In this document: positions 37,381 through 48,975 of the stretch, one piece after another
Layout: every line of letters starts with the position of its first letter
Position numbering within the stretch: position 1 is the stretch's first letter
NCBI GenBank assembly: GCA_036785375.1
Contig: JAWMAR010000083.1
Coordinates: forward strand, 930,001-994,000
DNA: 64,000 nt
Direction: 5' to 3'
From: Leucoraja ocellata
Lineage: Eukaryota
Notes under the pieces: generated by a model
Databases searched by the model: none
What the model was told of the DNA's origin: nothing
Seen by the model: the letters and a program-made list of their open reading frames with translations, nothing else
Made by a program: the position numbers and the translations under genes

Positions 37381-38189
37381 CTGCTATTGGATTGCACAAC
37401 TCCAATGTGAAATCCAATAGATGTTGTTCTACCACACAGAACATAACAGAGTAGACTACTGGCATGTTCAAATAATACTTCGACTGCCTGAATTGCTCTG
37501 AAGATATCGTTCAGTACTCAGCTGAGCAGGTGGCAAGATTCAAAGTTGTCTGCTGTACAACCTCACTACCAGGAGGCCACCCCTCTTGCTAATCAGGTAC
37601 ACAGCAAGCAGCTGAAGAATAGGAAGAAGAGCAGCGAAGAAGGTGGACGACAAGCAAAAAGAGGATCTGGAAAGCAAGTGGTTGTCAAGCAATCACTATC
37701 AGGCCAGGCTATACATGGAAAAACTCATATTTTAATAATAATGGTATATCATTTGGACATGTACATGGACAGGACAGGTTTAGAGGGTTATACGCAAACC
37801 ACAGGCAGGTGGGGACTAGTATAGATGGGACATGATGGCTGGTCTGGTCAAAGGGCCTGTTTTCACACAGTGAAACACTATGACTCTAAATCCCCAGTCC
37901 TATAGCCAACAAAAATAAAGACCGAATACAAATTAATTATTCCAAACTAATAAAAAATATATTTTCTTACAATAATTTATGCACCTAGTTTTGCCATCTC
38001 GCTTAGAAACGTCAGCTGCTCACCCTTGTTCAATCCCTGGTTGCCTCTGTTCCAGGTATCTTTGCATGTCCTACTGCTTAACTACCTTCTTATTAGATGC
38101 ATTTTTGCTTCTCACTTTACTGATTCCCTATCATGACAAGTTCCACATTCAACCACCTTCTGAATTAACTGGAATTATCTTGGCTTGTA

Positions 38190-38545
38190 TTCACTGGAAT
38201 TTAGAAGGATGAGTGGGGATCTTATAGAAACATAAAATTCTTAAAAGATTGGACAGGCTAGATGCAGGAAAAATGTTCCCGATGTTGGAAGAGTCCAGAA
38301 CCAGGGGTCACAGTTTATGAATAAGGTATGGGCCATTTAGGACTGAGAAGAGGAAAAACTTCACCCAGAGAGTTCATCACAGAAGGCAGTGGAGGCCAAT
38401 TCACTGGATGTTTTCAAGAGAGAGTTAGATTTTGCTCCTAGGGCTAAAGGAATCAAGGGATATAGGGAAAAAGCAGGAACAGGGTACTGATTTTAGATGA
38501 TCAGCCATGTTTGTATTGAATGGCAGTGACGGTGACCGAATAGTA
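38190..38545 (+). mobile_element. CR1 LINE 3' fragment
   Basis: TTTAGAAGGATGAG..GGGGATCTTATAGAAAC; complementary to the CR1 at 31043; a smaller CR1 tail lies at 37750-37890. Confidence 0.8.
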
Positions 38546-39678
38546 CAATTGATAGAGCAAAGGGGATGATACAGAGTATAGAATTTAGCTCTCAGCACTG
38601 TAGCACCATAGTTCAGATCCTGTGCCAGGATGGGGCATATCTGGATGCCAATTTCCTCCATGCCTAAAATTCCCAGCAAGATTGGTAAATCCTGGATTTT
38701 GAAATAAATGTACAGAAAACTGGCAGTTGCATTAGAGTGGGAGGCGGAATGGGTGCTTTTCTCAAAGGGGTCTCCAGCCACAGTCAAAATGTTTTGGCCC
38801 AGATTCTCTCAATGTCTCCAATATTTAAAAATGTTCAGAAACGTTGAAAAACTGTTAAATTATAATCAAAACATTGAAACAACTTTAATAAAACAGGCTA
38901 GACATTTTAAAAATGAAACATTTTAAAAACACAGCTAAAACAATAAAGCAAATTCAAATAAATAAATAAATAGATTTCATAATTCCTCTCCATTGAAATT
39001 AGTGGTGAATGAAGCTGTGTCAGGTCCAACCTAGCAGTGGTTCAATGGGCAGCATCCATACTAGGTGTGAAAGTTGTTTCATATATTATTCTGAACATTT
39101 GGACTGGTGCATGCATATCCTTCCTGGTGAGTGATGTGGATGCACCCCTAATTTGTATCAGCACTGCAAGCCAACTAAATCACCCATTCTTGGTCAATCC
39201 TGGACTAACCACATTTTGATAGCACAAAGCCAGGCCAGCACCCCATCAAGGAAGATGTCATGTTTAAGAAGGAACTGCAGATGCTGGAAAATGGAAGGTA
39301 TACAAAAATGCTTGAGAAACTCAGAGGGCGATGCGGCATCTATGGAGCAAAGGAAATAGGCAACATTTCGGGTCGAAACCCTTCTTCAGATGTCATGTTT
39401 ACTATCTATTCCACAACCAATCTCAGCCAAGCTGATCAATAAGACCAACAATAGTCTTTTGTTCTTATCATCCTACTCCCCAATCTTCCCAAGGCCCCAT
39501 GGGAGGGTCAATGGAGTTGCTCAATCATTCCCTAATCCCTGGCCCCAGTCCACCACTGACCCACAATAATCACCTCCACCCCACTGCATCCACAATTTTT
39601 GACGGCCCGTCCCTCCAAATAAGCCTTGTTCCTCACTTGGCCAAGCACCATCCTTCCACCAATACTTTGTGGATCGAC

Positions 39679-40130
39679 TCAAGCCAGAAGCCGACAAAGG
39701 TTGAACACCTGTACGAGCTGGCAGGCATCGATGAACCATCTCGAAGACGTGATCGGGCAGCTGCAGTAGAACGCTTCAATGTGGACACAGACCCCTGCAC
39801 AATCACCAAAATGCCAAGAAACGCCGGAACAGCTTCATGGAACTAGAGCCAACCGTGCCAGGCACCAAAACCAAACAATAGATGGCACCAGGACACCACC
39901 TGCCTTATACCACCTGGATAACCCTAAACCGCCTCCACACTGGAGTGGGACGTTGCGGACTCAACCTGAAGAAGTGGGGCCTCTCGAACTCTGACAAGTG
40001 CAACTGTGGAGCAGTGCACACCTACTGACTTGCAGTGGAGAGGCATGCACTGTGGACAGTCTCCGCAGAGGCACCGATGTGGTTGTGGCAAAGCGATGGC
40101 AGAAAGTTGTCTGACACACGAGCGAAGCGA
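39679..40130 (+). mobile_element. RTE/RTE-X LINE 3' fragment
   Basis: LYELAGIDEPSRRR and LNRLHTGVGRCGLNLKKWGLSNSDKCNCG motifs; flanked by ~150-bp direct repeats. Confidence 0.75.
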
Positions 40131-40767
40131 ATCCTACTCCCCAATCTTCACAAGGCCCCATGGGAGGGTCTGACCCACACTAATCACCTCCACCCCACTG
40201 CATCCACAATTTTTGAAGGCCCGTCCCTCCAAATAAGCCTTGGCCAAGAGCCATCCTTCTACCAATCCTTTGTGAATCGACCCGCCATATACTACACCCC
40301 ACATGTTTCCGCTACCCGCACTCCAGCCCCAGTGTTGTATCTGACCAATGTCACTTAGCTTTTTCACAATATCTCACCACCACCACGTGAACCAACTTTG
40401 GTCCCAGACAGCACACTTTCTTCTGAATTCTCTGCAGTGGGCAAAGGGAAACCTGCACTGCTGGCTTCTTATTGACTGAGATACTGCAATTTCTAGGCTG
40501 TTGATTGCAGTCATTAATTTCCTATTCTTTTTTTTTAATCAACGTCTTTTTTAATTTAGTTTTCAGGACATAACAAAATGCAAAGTTGTCTATTTGTTAC
40601 AGACAGAGTGTACGAAAAGAATAAATAAAAAACAACATGCTAACATATAACAAGACAACAACAATAAAAGAAAAATTAGATACCAAAAATAACCCCTCCC
40701 CAGTCACTGCCAGTGAGCATATGCAAATATCAGCCCGTCACAACAATAATCCACGACAAATGAATGG

Positions 40768-42860
40768 GTAATAATAATAATCATAATACATTTTATTTAT
40801 GGGCGCCTTTCATGAGTCTCAAGGACCCTTACAAAAATTTAGCAGGTAGAGGAAAAACATGTAAGGGGAATGAAATAAATAGTAGAGACATGACTAGTAC
40901 ACAAAGTAAAGACAGAATTCAATTCAAAACACAATATGAGGCAATTAATGCACAGATGAAAAGGGAGGGGGACGTGGGGCTAAGGCTAGGCAGAGGTGAA
41001 GAGATGGGTCTTGAGGCGGGACTGGAAGATGGTGAGGGACACAGAATTGCGGATCAGTTGGGGAAGGGAGTTCCAGAGCCTGGGAGCTGCCCTGGAGAAG
41101 GCTCTGTCCCCAAAACTGCGGAGGTTGGACTTGTGGATGAAGAGGAGACCGGCTGATGTGGATCTGAGGGACCGTGAGGGTTGGTAGGGGGAGAGGAGGT
41201 CAGTGAGATTATGGGGGGGGGCAGATGGTGGAGGGCTTTGTAGGTGAGGATCAGGATTTTGTAGGTAATCCGGTGGGAGATGGGAAGCCAGTGAACTTGT
41301 TTGAGGACTAGAGTGATGTGATGGCAGGATTTGGTGTGGGTGATGAGTCGGGCGGCAGCGTTCTAGACCAATTGGAGTCGGTTGATGTAGGTGGAGCTGA
41401 TGCCAAGGAGAAGTGAGTTGCAGTAGTCCGGTCGGGAGGAGATGAAGGCATGGATGAGTCTTTCAGCAGCGGGAGGTGTGAGAGAGGGTCTGAATTTGGC
41501 GATGTTGCGGAGATGAAAGAAGGAGGTTTTAATGAAATGGCGGATGTGAGGCTCAAGGGAAAGGGTGGAATCAAAGATCACGCCAAGGTTGCGGGCCTGG
41601 GGAGATGGGGAGACAGTGGTGCCGTCGATGGTGAGAGTGGGGTTATTGATTTTGCTGAGTGTGGCTTTTGAGTCTGGGTGTCATCAGCGTAACAGTGGAA
41701 GTCCAAGTTGAAGTGGCGGAGTATCTGACCACGGGGGAGGATGTAGATGATGAAGAGGAGGGAGCCGAGTACGGAGCCTTGGGGAACGCCTTGAGTGACT
41801 GTGGCTGTAGCAGAGGTGTGGTTGTGGAGAGAGATGAAGTGGGATCTGTTGGAAAGGTAGGAACGGAGCCAGCTGAGTGCAGAGCCTCCTATGCCGAGGT
41901 ATTTGAGTCTGGTGAGCAGGATGTTATGGTTCGCTGTATCGAAGGCTGCGCTCAGGTCGAGGAGGATGAGGATGTTGAGGGAACCAGTGTCAGCAGAGGT
42001 GAGGAGGTCGTTGAGGACTTTGAGGAGAGCAGTTTCTGTGCTTTGGAGGGGGCGAAAGCCAGATTAGAGGGGTTCAAGTAGATTATACGCAAGGAGGTGG
42101 GAATGAAGTTGCGACGCAACGATACGCTCCAGGGTTTTTGAAAGAAAGGGGAGGTTTGAGATTGGGCGGTAGTTAATGATAGAGGAGGGATCAAGACCAG
42201 GTTTCTTTATGATTGGTGTAACAGCAGCAGTTTTGAAAGCGGAGGGGACAATGAGGAGTTGAAGAGATTAGTGAGGTTGGGGCAGAGAACGGGGAGTCAG
42301 GACTTCAGCAGGGGAGTGGGGAGAGGTTCGAGGGAGCAGGTAGTGGGTTTGGAAGAGCTGATGAGTTTGGAGATTTCAGTAGGGGTGACCAGGTCAAACT
42401 GGGAGAGGAAGCAGTGTGGAGGAGGGGTAAGGAGGTCAGTGGAGATGTTGAAAGGAGGGGCCTTGGTAGGTGATGGAGTAGATGCTGGGGAGTCGGGAAC
42501 AGGGGATAAAGATTGATAGATGGTGCTGATTTTATCAGCGAAAAAGTGGAGGAATGAGTTGCAGAGATCCGGAGTAGAGGTAGGGAGAGTGGTGGCTCGA
42601 GGCTTGAGGAGGTTGCCCAATGTGGAGAAGAGGGTTCTGTGGTTTAGGCAGGGATCGGTGAATATGGAGGGGAGGTAGGCAGATTTTGCAGCAATGAGGG
42701 CATCTTTGTAGTCAGTGAGGTGGAGGTTGTAAGCTTCAAGGTGGACTGTGAGAGATGATTTATTTGTGAGTCGTGCAAGTCGGCGACCAGTCTGTTTCAG
42801 TTTACGAAGTGCAGGTGTGTACCAGGGTGAAGATGTGTTGAAAGTTATGGTTCTTGTTTT
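40768..42860 (-). mobile_element. L2-clade LINE, 5'-truncated and internally deleted
   Basis: (TTA)n tail; NLGVIFDSTLSLEPHI...ERLIHAFISSRPDYCNSLL; NYRPISNLPFLSK; QSGFRP; GVPQGSVLGPLLFIIY. Confidence 0.9.
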
Positions 42861-42870
42861 GGGGTAGACT

Positions 42871-44045
42871 CAGGGCTCGAAATTAACGGTTGTCCGGGTG
42901 CCATTGACCACTCAAAGCGCAGCTGGGCAACTAAACACCGAGTCATTTTGCCCGGCTTGGCAACCAGATACTGCCCCGCACTGATTCACACACACTCCCT
43001 TCACTGACCCTATTGTCCTGGAAATGTCTTCAGAGCGAATATTGACTATGTTTGATAACAGAATACAATCAAATGTGTTTTAATTCCCAATGTTATTATT
43101 TGTTTTAATCCATAAAGATGGATTAATTAAATTGTGAACACATGGAACATTAATACTGCAGTGTTCGATTGTGACTGCTGCCGTTGACACGTTATTACAG
43201 AATTCATTTTAATGGCAAATCAATGCTCTTAATATGGAGTATCAGTACTGTAGTTATTTAATGAGCAACATTCACAACTATACGTACGCATATATGTTAC
43301 CATGGTCCAGGAATTATTGACACAGGTTGATCATACGCTGAATAATCCAACCACATTTTTGCTTGTAAGTGGAAAGAACTAATAGAAATTGCATTAACTG
43401 CAATGTGTAAAAAGAGTTGAGATACTGTCTTATAATTTTGCTGCATGTCATTGTGGGACAATTTTAATTCCCAATGTTGTTATTTGTTTTAATCCATGAA
43501 GATGGATTAATTAAATTGTGAACACATTAAACATTAAAACCGCAGTGTTCGATTGTCACTGCTACCGTTGACATGTTATTACAGAATTCATTTTAACGGC
43601 TCTTAATATGGAGTATCAGCACTGTAGTTATTTAATGAGCAACATTCACAACTATACGTACGCATATATGTTATCATGGTCCAGGATTTATTGACACAGG
43701 TTGATCATACACTGAATAATCCAACCATATTTTTGTTTGGAAGTGGAAAGAACTAATAGAAATTGCATTAATTGCAATATGTAAAAAGAGTTGAGATACT
43801 GTCTTATAATTTTGCTGCATGTCATTGTGGGATATATCATGTCTTGATTGGTGAATGTGTAGTTTGTGACTTTATTTGAAGCAGAAATAATATCCCACGG
43901 GTAATTACGCGCTTCGTCCGAGCACATTATCGAACGCGTCATGCAAGCCATCTTAAATGACCGCCTAAACTGTCATTTGGCAACCTAAAAAGCTGCCAAG
44001 GTTGCCCGGCTGGCAACAGGGGAAAAAAGTTAAGCAAGAGCCCTG
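42871..44045. mobile_element. Non-autonomous TIR transposon (same family as 10187-12877) with ~380-bp internal tandem duplication
   Basis: CAGGGCTCG...GAGCCCTG; GTAGACT duplicated at 42864-42870 and 44046-44052; repeat units ~43078-43460 and ~43461-43830. Confidence 0.88.
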
Positions 44046-44052
44046 GTAGACT

Positions 44053-45000
44053 GTTAAGCTGTTAAACTGTGCTTGATGATCAAGTATTTATAAAGTCTGG
44101 AATGCATTTAAGAAAGGTCCCCACGCTTTCTGAAACCTTCCATTTGAATGTTGAAGTGAGTAGCTGATTTTCTCGAACTTTAGGCAGGACATAATATCTG
44201 TCAGCCATTGTGTATGAGTGGGCGGGGTAGGTTCCGTCCAACTGAGCAGGATTGTTCGCCGAGCCAGAAGAGAAGCAAAAGATATAGTGCGGCGTTTATC
44301 TGCAGTTAATCTAACCTCCTCACCAGTGACCCCAAAAAGAGCGATTAGAGGCTTTGGTTACAATTTAATGTTTAACACCTGGGATAATGTATGAAAGACC
44401 TCTAGCCAGAACTTGTTAAGGCTGGGGCATGACCAATACATATGGATAAGAGAGGCTTCAGAAAATTTTACATTTAACACAGAATGGACTAACCTCAGGG
44501 TAAAAAGTAGATAATTTGGCTTTTGAGATATGAGCCCTATGTACCACTTTGAATGGAATCAGGCAGTGACGAGCACATATAGAGGTGGAATTAACCAGTT
44601 TAAGAATGGAACTCCTTGTATCTTCCGAGAGAGAGGAGCCCAAGTCTTCCTCCCATGCTGCCTTGAGCTTGTCCATGCCTTAGGTCCAACATCCTGCCAT
44701 ATAAAGCTGAGACAAGTCTATCTGAGATGGGTTTAAAGAAAGAACTGTATCAACAAGGGTTGTGTCTGTTAGTATAGAAGAGCTAGGCAGTTAATAGAAC
44801 ACATAATGTGTTGTTTGCAGGTATTGGAAAAAATCAGACTTTGGAAGATTGAATTGTTACTTAATTGTTCAAATGATGCTACAGTGTTACCCATAAGCAG
44901 GTCCTTGAAGCGCACAATATCCTTCCTAATCTCGATTAGTTGCATGAGAAAATGTTTGCGTCTGCTTGGTGTACGTTTTTGGAAGTTGTACATTTTTTTA
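44053..45000 (-). mobile_element. L1-clade ORF2 C-terminal fragment; its 3' UTR probably continues at ~40545-40765
   Basis: KLKAAWEEDLG...SICARHCLIPFKVVHR...CVKC, followed by HMYWSCP. Confidence 0.82.
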
Positions 45001-45264
45001 AATCAATTTAATGTTCTATGAATGCCAAGGAATTATCAGTTTCGGCAGGTGTGCCAAATTGCCTCCTAACAAAGGGGACATTGTTGATGCATTAAGTGTG
45101 GAATGAAATTAGGTTCACGGGGAAGTATTGAATCATCTTCTGCATAAGATATTGCTCTGTTTTTTTTTCAGATATGACAAATCATTTATCGGAACATGAC
45201 AAAAGGCAACTTACAGTCAAACAATCAACAGGTGCACTGAAGTCAACTTATTTATTCCAAGTAC

Positions 45265-45535
45265 CCCCTCCCCAATGCTAGTTGTCCCAGTTCCACTGTT
45301 TGCATCATTGTATCCCTTCATTATCACCTCTTCCCCAGCCAAAAAAAAGGCCATTATGTGCTCCACTCTTCCTTGGTCATCTGTTGTCAGCCCTGATTTG
45401 GTCTGGCCTTTTCTTACCTCCAGTTGCCCCCACCCCCCTACTTTCAGTCTGAAGAAGGGTTCCGACCCGAAACATCACCCATCCTTTCTCTCCAGAGATG
45501 CTGCCTAACCGGTGGTGTTACTCCAGCACTGTATC
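45265..45535 (+). mobile_element. Penelope-like 3' region with hammerhead core at 45449-45476
   Basis: CTGAAGAAGGGTTCCGACCCGAAACATC preceded by a pyrimidine-rich UTR. Confidence 0.7.
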
Positions 45536-46100
45536 TATAATCAATTCACCGGTTGTTCTCACTAGCAACATTCTTATTTAGTTTGTTCTCAAATTTTATT
45601 AGATAACATTCCATGAAGTACATTTAAAGTACACTGCATACTTTGTTCTGTTGTTGCACAAGATTCAGTATGTCAGCAATCCTTAATTTCTCCGCAGAAA
45701 TTGGTTTCAGTACCACCATTTATATAACCTCTTACCTCACTTATGTGAGACATAAATAGTATAGTTATTCAGAATCTTTTAGATAGGAAAATAAATGGCT
45801 GCAATGCAGGCTCCTGAACAACATCCAGATTTTACATTTTCACGTGTGCTTTCTGTGGTCAACAGGGTGGCTGCTCATCTGTGAGGTTGTGGGGTTGTGA
45901 AACCTACAGCCAAAGACGATAACTGACTGAGCCAATTAGGGTGGTGGGAAAGATTGTTGACTTGGTTGGAGACAACCATGCATGGAGAAAGAGAAGCTGA
46001 TAATGGTAGGTGAGGTATGAACATGCAGGTGGGGAGCCCGGATGGTGGTCAGGTTACAGTGAGGTGTTGGTTTCCTGTTCAGATCGTGGGTGGGCGAGTT

Positions 46101-46402
46101 GGTTAGTTTAGTTTAGAGATTCAGCGCGGAAACAGTTCCTTCGGCCCATGCCAACCAGTGATCACCCCCTACACTTGCACTATCCTACACACTAGGGACA
46201 ATTTAAAATGTCACTGAAGCCAATTGACCTACAAACTTGTACATCTTTGGAGTTTGCAAGGATACTGGAGCACCCAGAGAAAATCCACGCGATCATAGGG
46301 AGAACATACAAACTCCGTAAGGACAGCATCCGTAGTCAGGATCCAACCCAGGTCTCTGTCGCTGTAAAGCAGCAACTCTACCGCTGTACCATTATGCCGC
46401 CC
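46101..46402 (-). mobile_element. V-SINE (HE1-like)
   Basis: Reverse copy of the SINE family. Confidence 0.82.
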
Positions 46403-46859
46403 TTGCGTGTCCAATTACTGGTGGTGAACCAGCAGACAAATCACGTTGATTTATCTGGTTCCACCTATCACCCACATGCTCTTCTCAACCCTCCCTCTCA
46501 CCTCTTTAGTCTGGCTATCTTCACATCCAGGATTGGATGCGCAGTTACAACCCATAATGTTAACTAACTATTTGCCTCCACTGCCGCTGCTACACCTGCT
46601 GTTTCTGTTCCTCCTGTTTTTTACTCCAGATCATGTTGGGGTTAGAGATTGGTGTTGCCTATGAGCTAACTGATAGGCAGGAAAACATTTCTGTTAGTCA
46701 TTGTCCACTGGCCCACGAACAATACCGCACAGACGTTTACCACAAGAGAAATCTTTTATTGGCTCCAATCTCTTGCAGAGTTCCAAAGACCAGTTAACAC
46801 TTTCCAACCATGAATAAAAAGAGAAAGGCACAGCTTTGTTACAATGAAGCTGTCTGGGA

Positions 46860-47275
46860 ATCGCTGAACACCTCCGCTCAGTCCGCCTAAACCTAACTGA
46901 TCTCCCGGTTGCTCAACACTTTAACTCCCCGTCCCACTCCCACATTGACCTTTCTGTCCTGGGCCTCCTCCATTGTCAGTGTGAGGCCCAGCGCAAATTG
47001 GAGGAACAGTACCTCATATTTCGCTCGGGTAGCTTACACCCCAACGGTATGAACATAAACTTCTCTAACTTCAATTTGCCCTTGCTTTCCCTCTCCATCC
47101 CCTCCCCCTTCCCAGATCTCCAACCAGTCTTGCTGTCTCCAACTACATTTTATCTCTGTACTACTCACTCCCCTGACATCAGTCTGAAAAAGGGGCTCAA
47201 CCAGAAACGTCAACCATTCCTTCTCTTCAGAGATGCTGCCTGTCCTGCTGAGATTCCAGCATGTTGTGTCTGTCT
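46860..47275 (+). mobile_element. Penelope-like element 3' end (GIY-YIG endonuclease C-terminus plus degenerate hammerhead)
   Basis: AEHLRSVRLNLTDLPVAQHFNSPSHSH...RKLEEQYLIFRSGSLHPNGMN; CTGAAAAAGGGG...GAAACGTC at ~47184. Confidence 0.85.
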
Positions 47276-47460
47276 GGGACTTTTGTCTTTACTTCTGTTT
47301 CTTTATTGCCTAGGTTAGTAAGTTTTACATTGTGTGTACAGTAGTGTTTCAATGTGACAATAAGAACAAACATACACTACAACCATAACCTGTGATACAT
47401 TCAATTAATATGTGCCCATAGGTCAATCACAAGGGGAGAAGCAAATTCTCCAAACTATTT

Positions 47461-47722
47461 GGTGGCACAGTAGCTCAGCTGGAAGAGCTGTGCCTCACAG
47501 CACCAGGTACCTGAGTATGATTCTGAGTTAGGGATGTATTTGTGTGGAGTTTGCACATTCTCCATGTGACTATGTGGGTTTCCTCTGGGTGCTCCAGTTT
47601 TGTAGATTAATTGGCCCCATGCACAGGGAGTGTATGAGAAAGTAAGATGACATAGCATTAGTGATCAATGGTCACCATGAACTCAGTTGGCCAAAGGACC
47701 TGGTTTCCTGCTCTATCTTTCC
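47461..47722 (+). mobile_element. V-SINE, degraded
   Basis: GGTGGCACAGTAGCTCAG head; GTGGAGTTTGCACATTCTCC core. Confidence 0.75.
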
Positions 47723-48799
47723 ATCAATTAATTAATTAATTAATATATTTATGCTTTTTGAATTGTAACTTTGTGACAAAATGGTGGCTCTTCAGAGGCA
47801 CAAACAACAGATGTTACATATTACATTCAAGTGAAGTACAGCTGTCGATATATTTGGCTTAACTTCAAACAATTAGGATAATTCCAACATTTCGATAATG
47901 TTACTGCATTTGGGGCTGATAACAGAAATAAAAATAAGCTTAGGCTCTCAATCTTTGAATACGTTGAGTATGTGTGGTTAGATTTCAGACATAATGTACA
48001 AAATTCTGAATGTATTCTCCAAATTAAAAAAAAGAATCTGGAACAAAGCAATGTCACTAAATGCTCAGCCCTAATTTCAGAAATGGAAAATTAAATTGAA
48101 TTGTAATTATGTCCGAGAAGTTCAATGATTCTTTGTTACACCCTTCTTTGTTGTATGTGCCAGCTTTCTTACAATTCATCCATTTCCACAACATATGTAT
48201 AATTTAGCTTTTCCTGCCATGACTTAGAAGAAAAACTCTTCCGGAGTAAAGTGATTATTTCCAAAACATAGAGAATGTTACATATGGGACATGCCACTTG
48301 GGAACTAGGAAAATGCATATCATGCCATGAATCTTTGTACAATCAAAATGCACTTCCTTTCATTTGGCTGTCCACCTTTTTGTTTAACACTGTAGGATTG
48401 GTATCTGAGATCTCTTCCTTACCAGTTAAGAAATGTATTCACTCACTGTTACAGTTTCAAAAAACAAATCTCTCCCTGTTTTCAAAGATCATATGAATTC
48501 AGAATCTTGGAGATCACATCACATTTTTAAAGGAATTGGTCAGACTTTAATAGCTTTGGGTGTAATTTTTGGCACACCATACACCAGCCTCCACCCACCC
48601 TAGCTTTCTGCATTGCATAGTAGTTTTTGTTATTTCCATCAGTTTTGTTCTTGCTACCTATGTAAGACAAAGGACACTGCAACAAAGGAGACGATTTAGT
48701 TCATTAGTCCATGCCAGATTCCAGTAGAGCAATCTCCTTTTCTAATTTCAATCTATATTATCTCATAAGCTCATCAACTCCCCTTTACCCTTTTGCCAC

Positions 48800-48975
48800 T
48801 TTCCTGCACTAGAGGGTAATTTACAGTAGTCAGATGAGCCACCAGCAAGTCTTTGTGATGTGGGAGGAAACAGCACTCTGCAGTCACAGGACGAGCATGC
48901 AAACTTCACATAGCACCCAAGGTCAGGTTGAACGAAGGTTCCTGGAGCTGTGAGGTTGCAGCACTTACTATTATG
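48800..48975 (-). mobile_element. V-SINE fragment
   Basis: TGTGGGAGGAAAC...GCAAACTTCACA core on the reverse strand. Confidence 0.6.
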
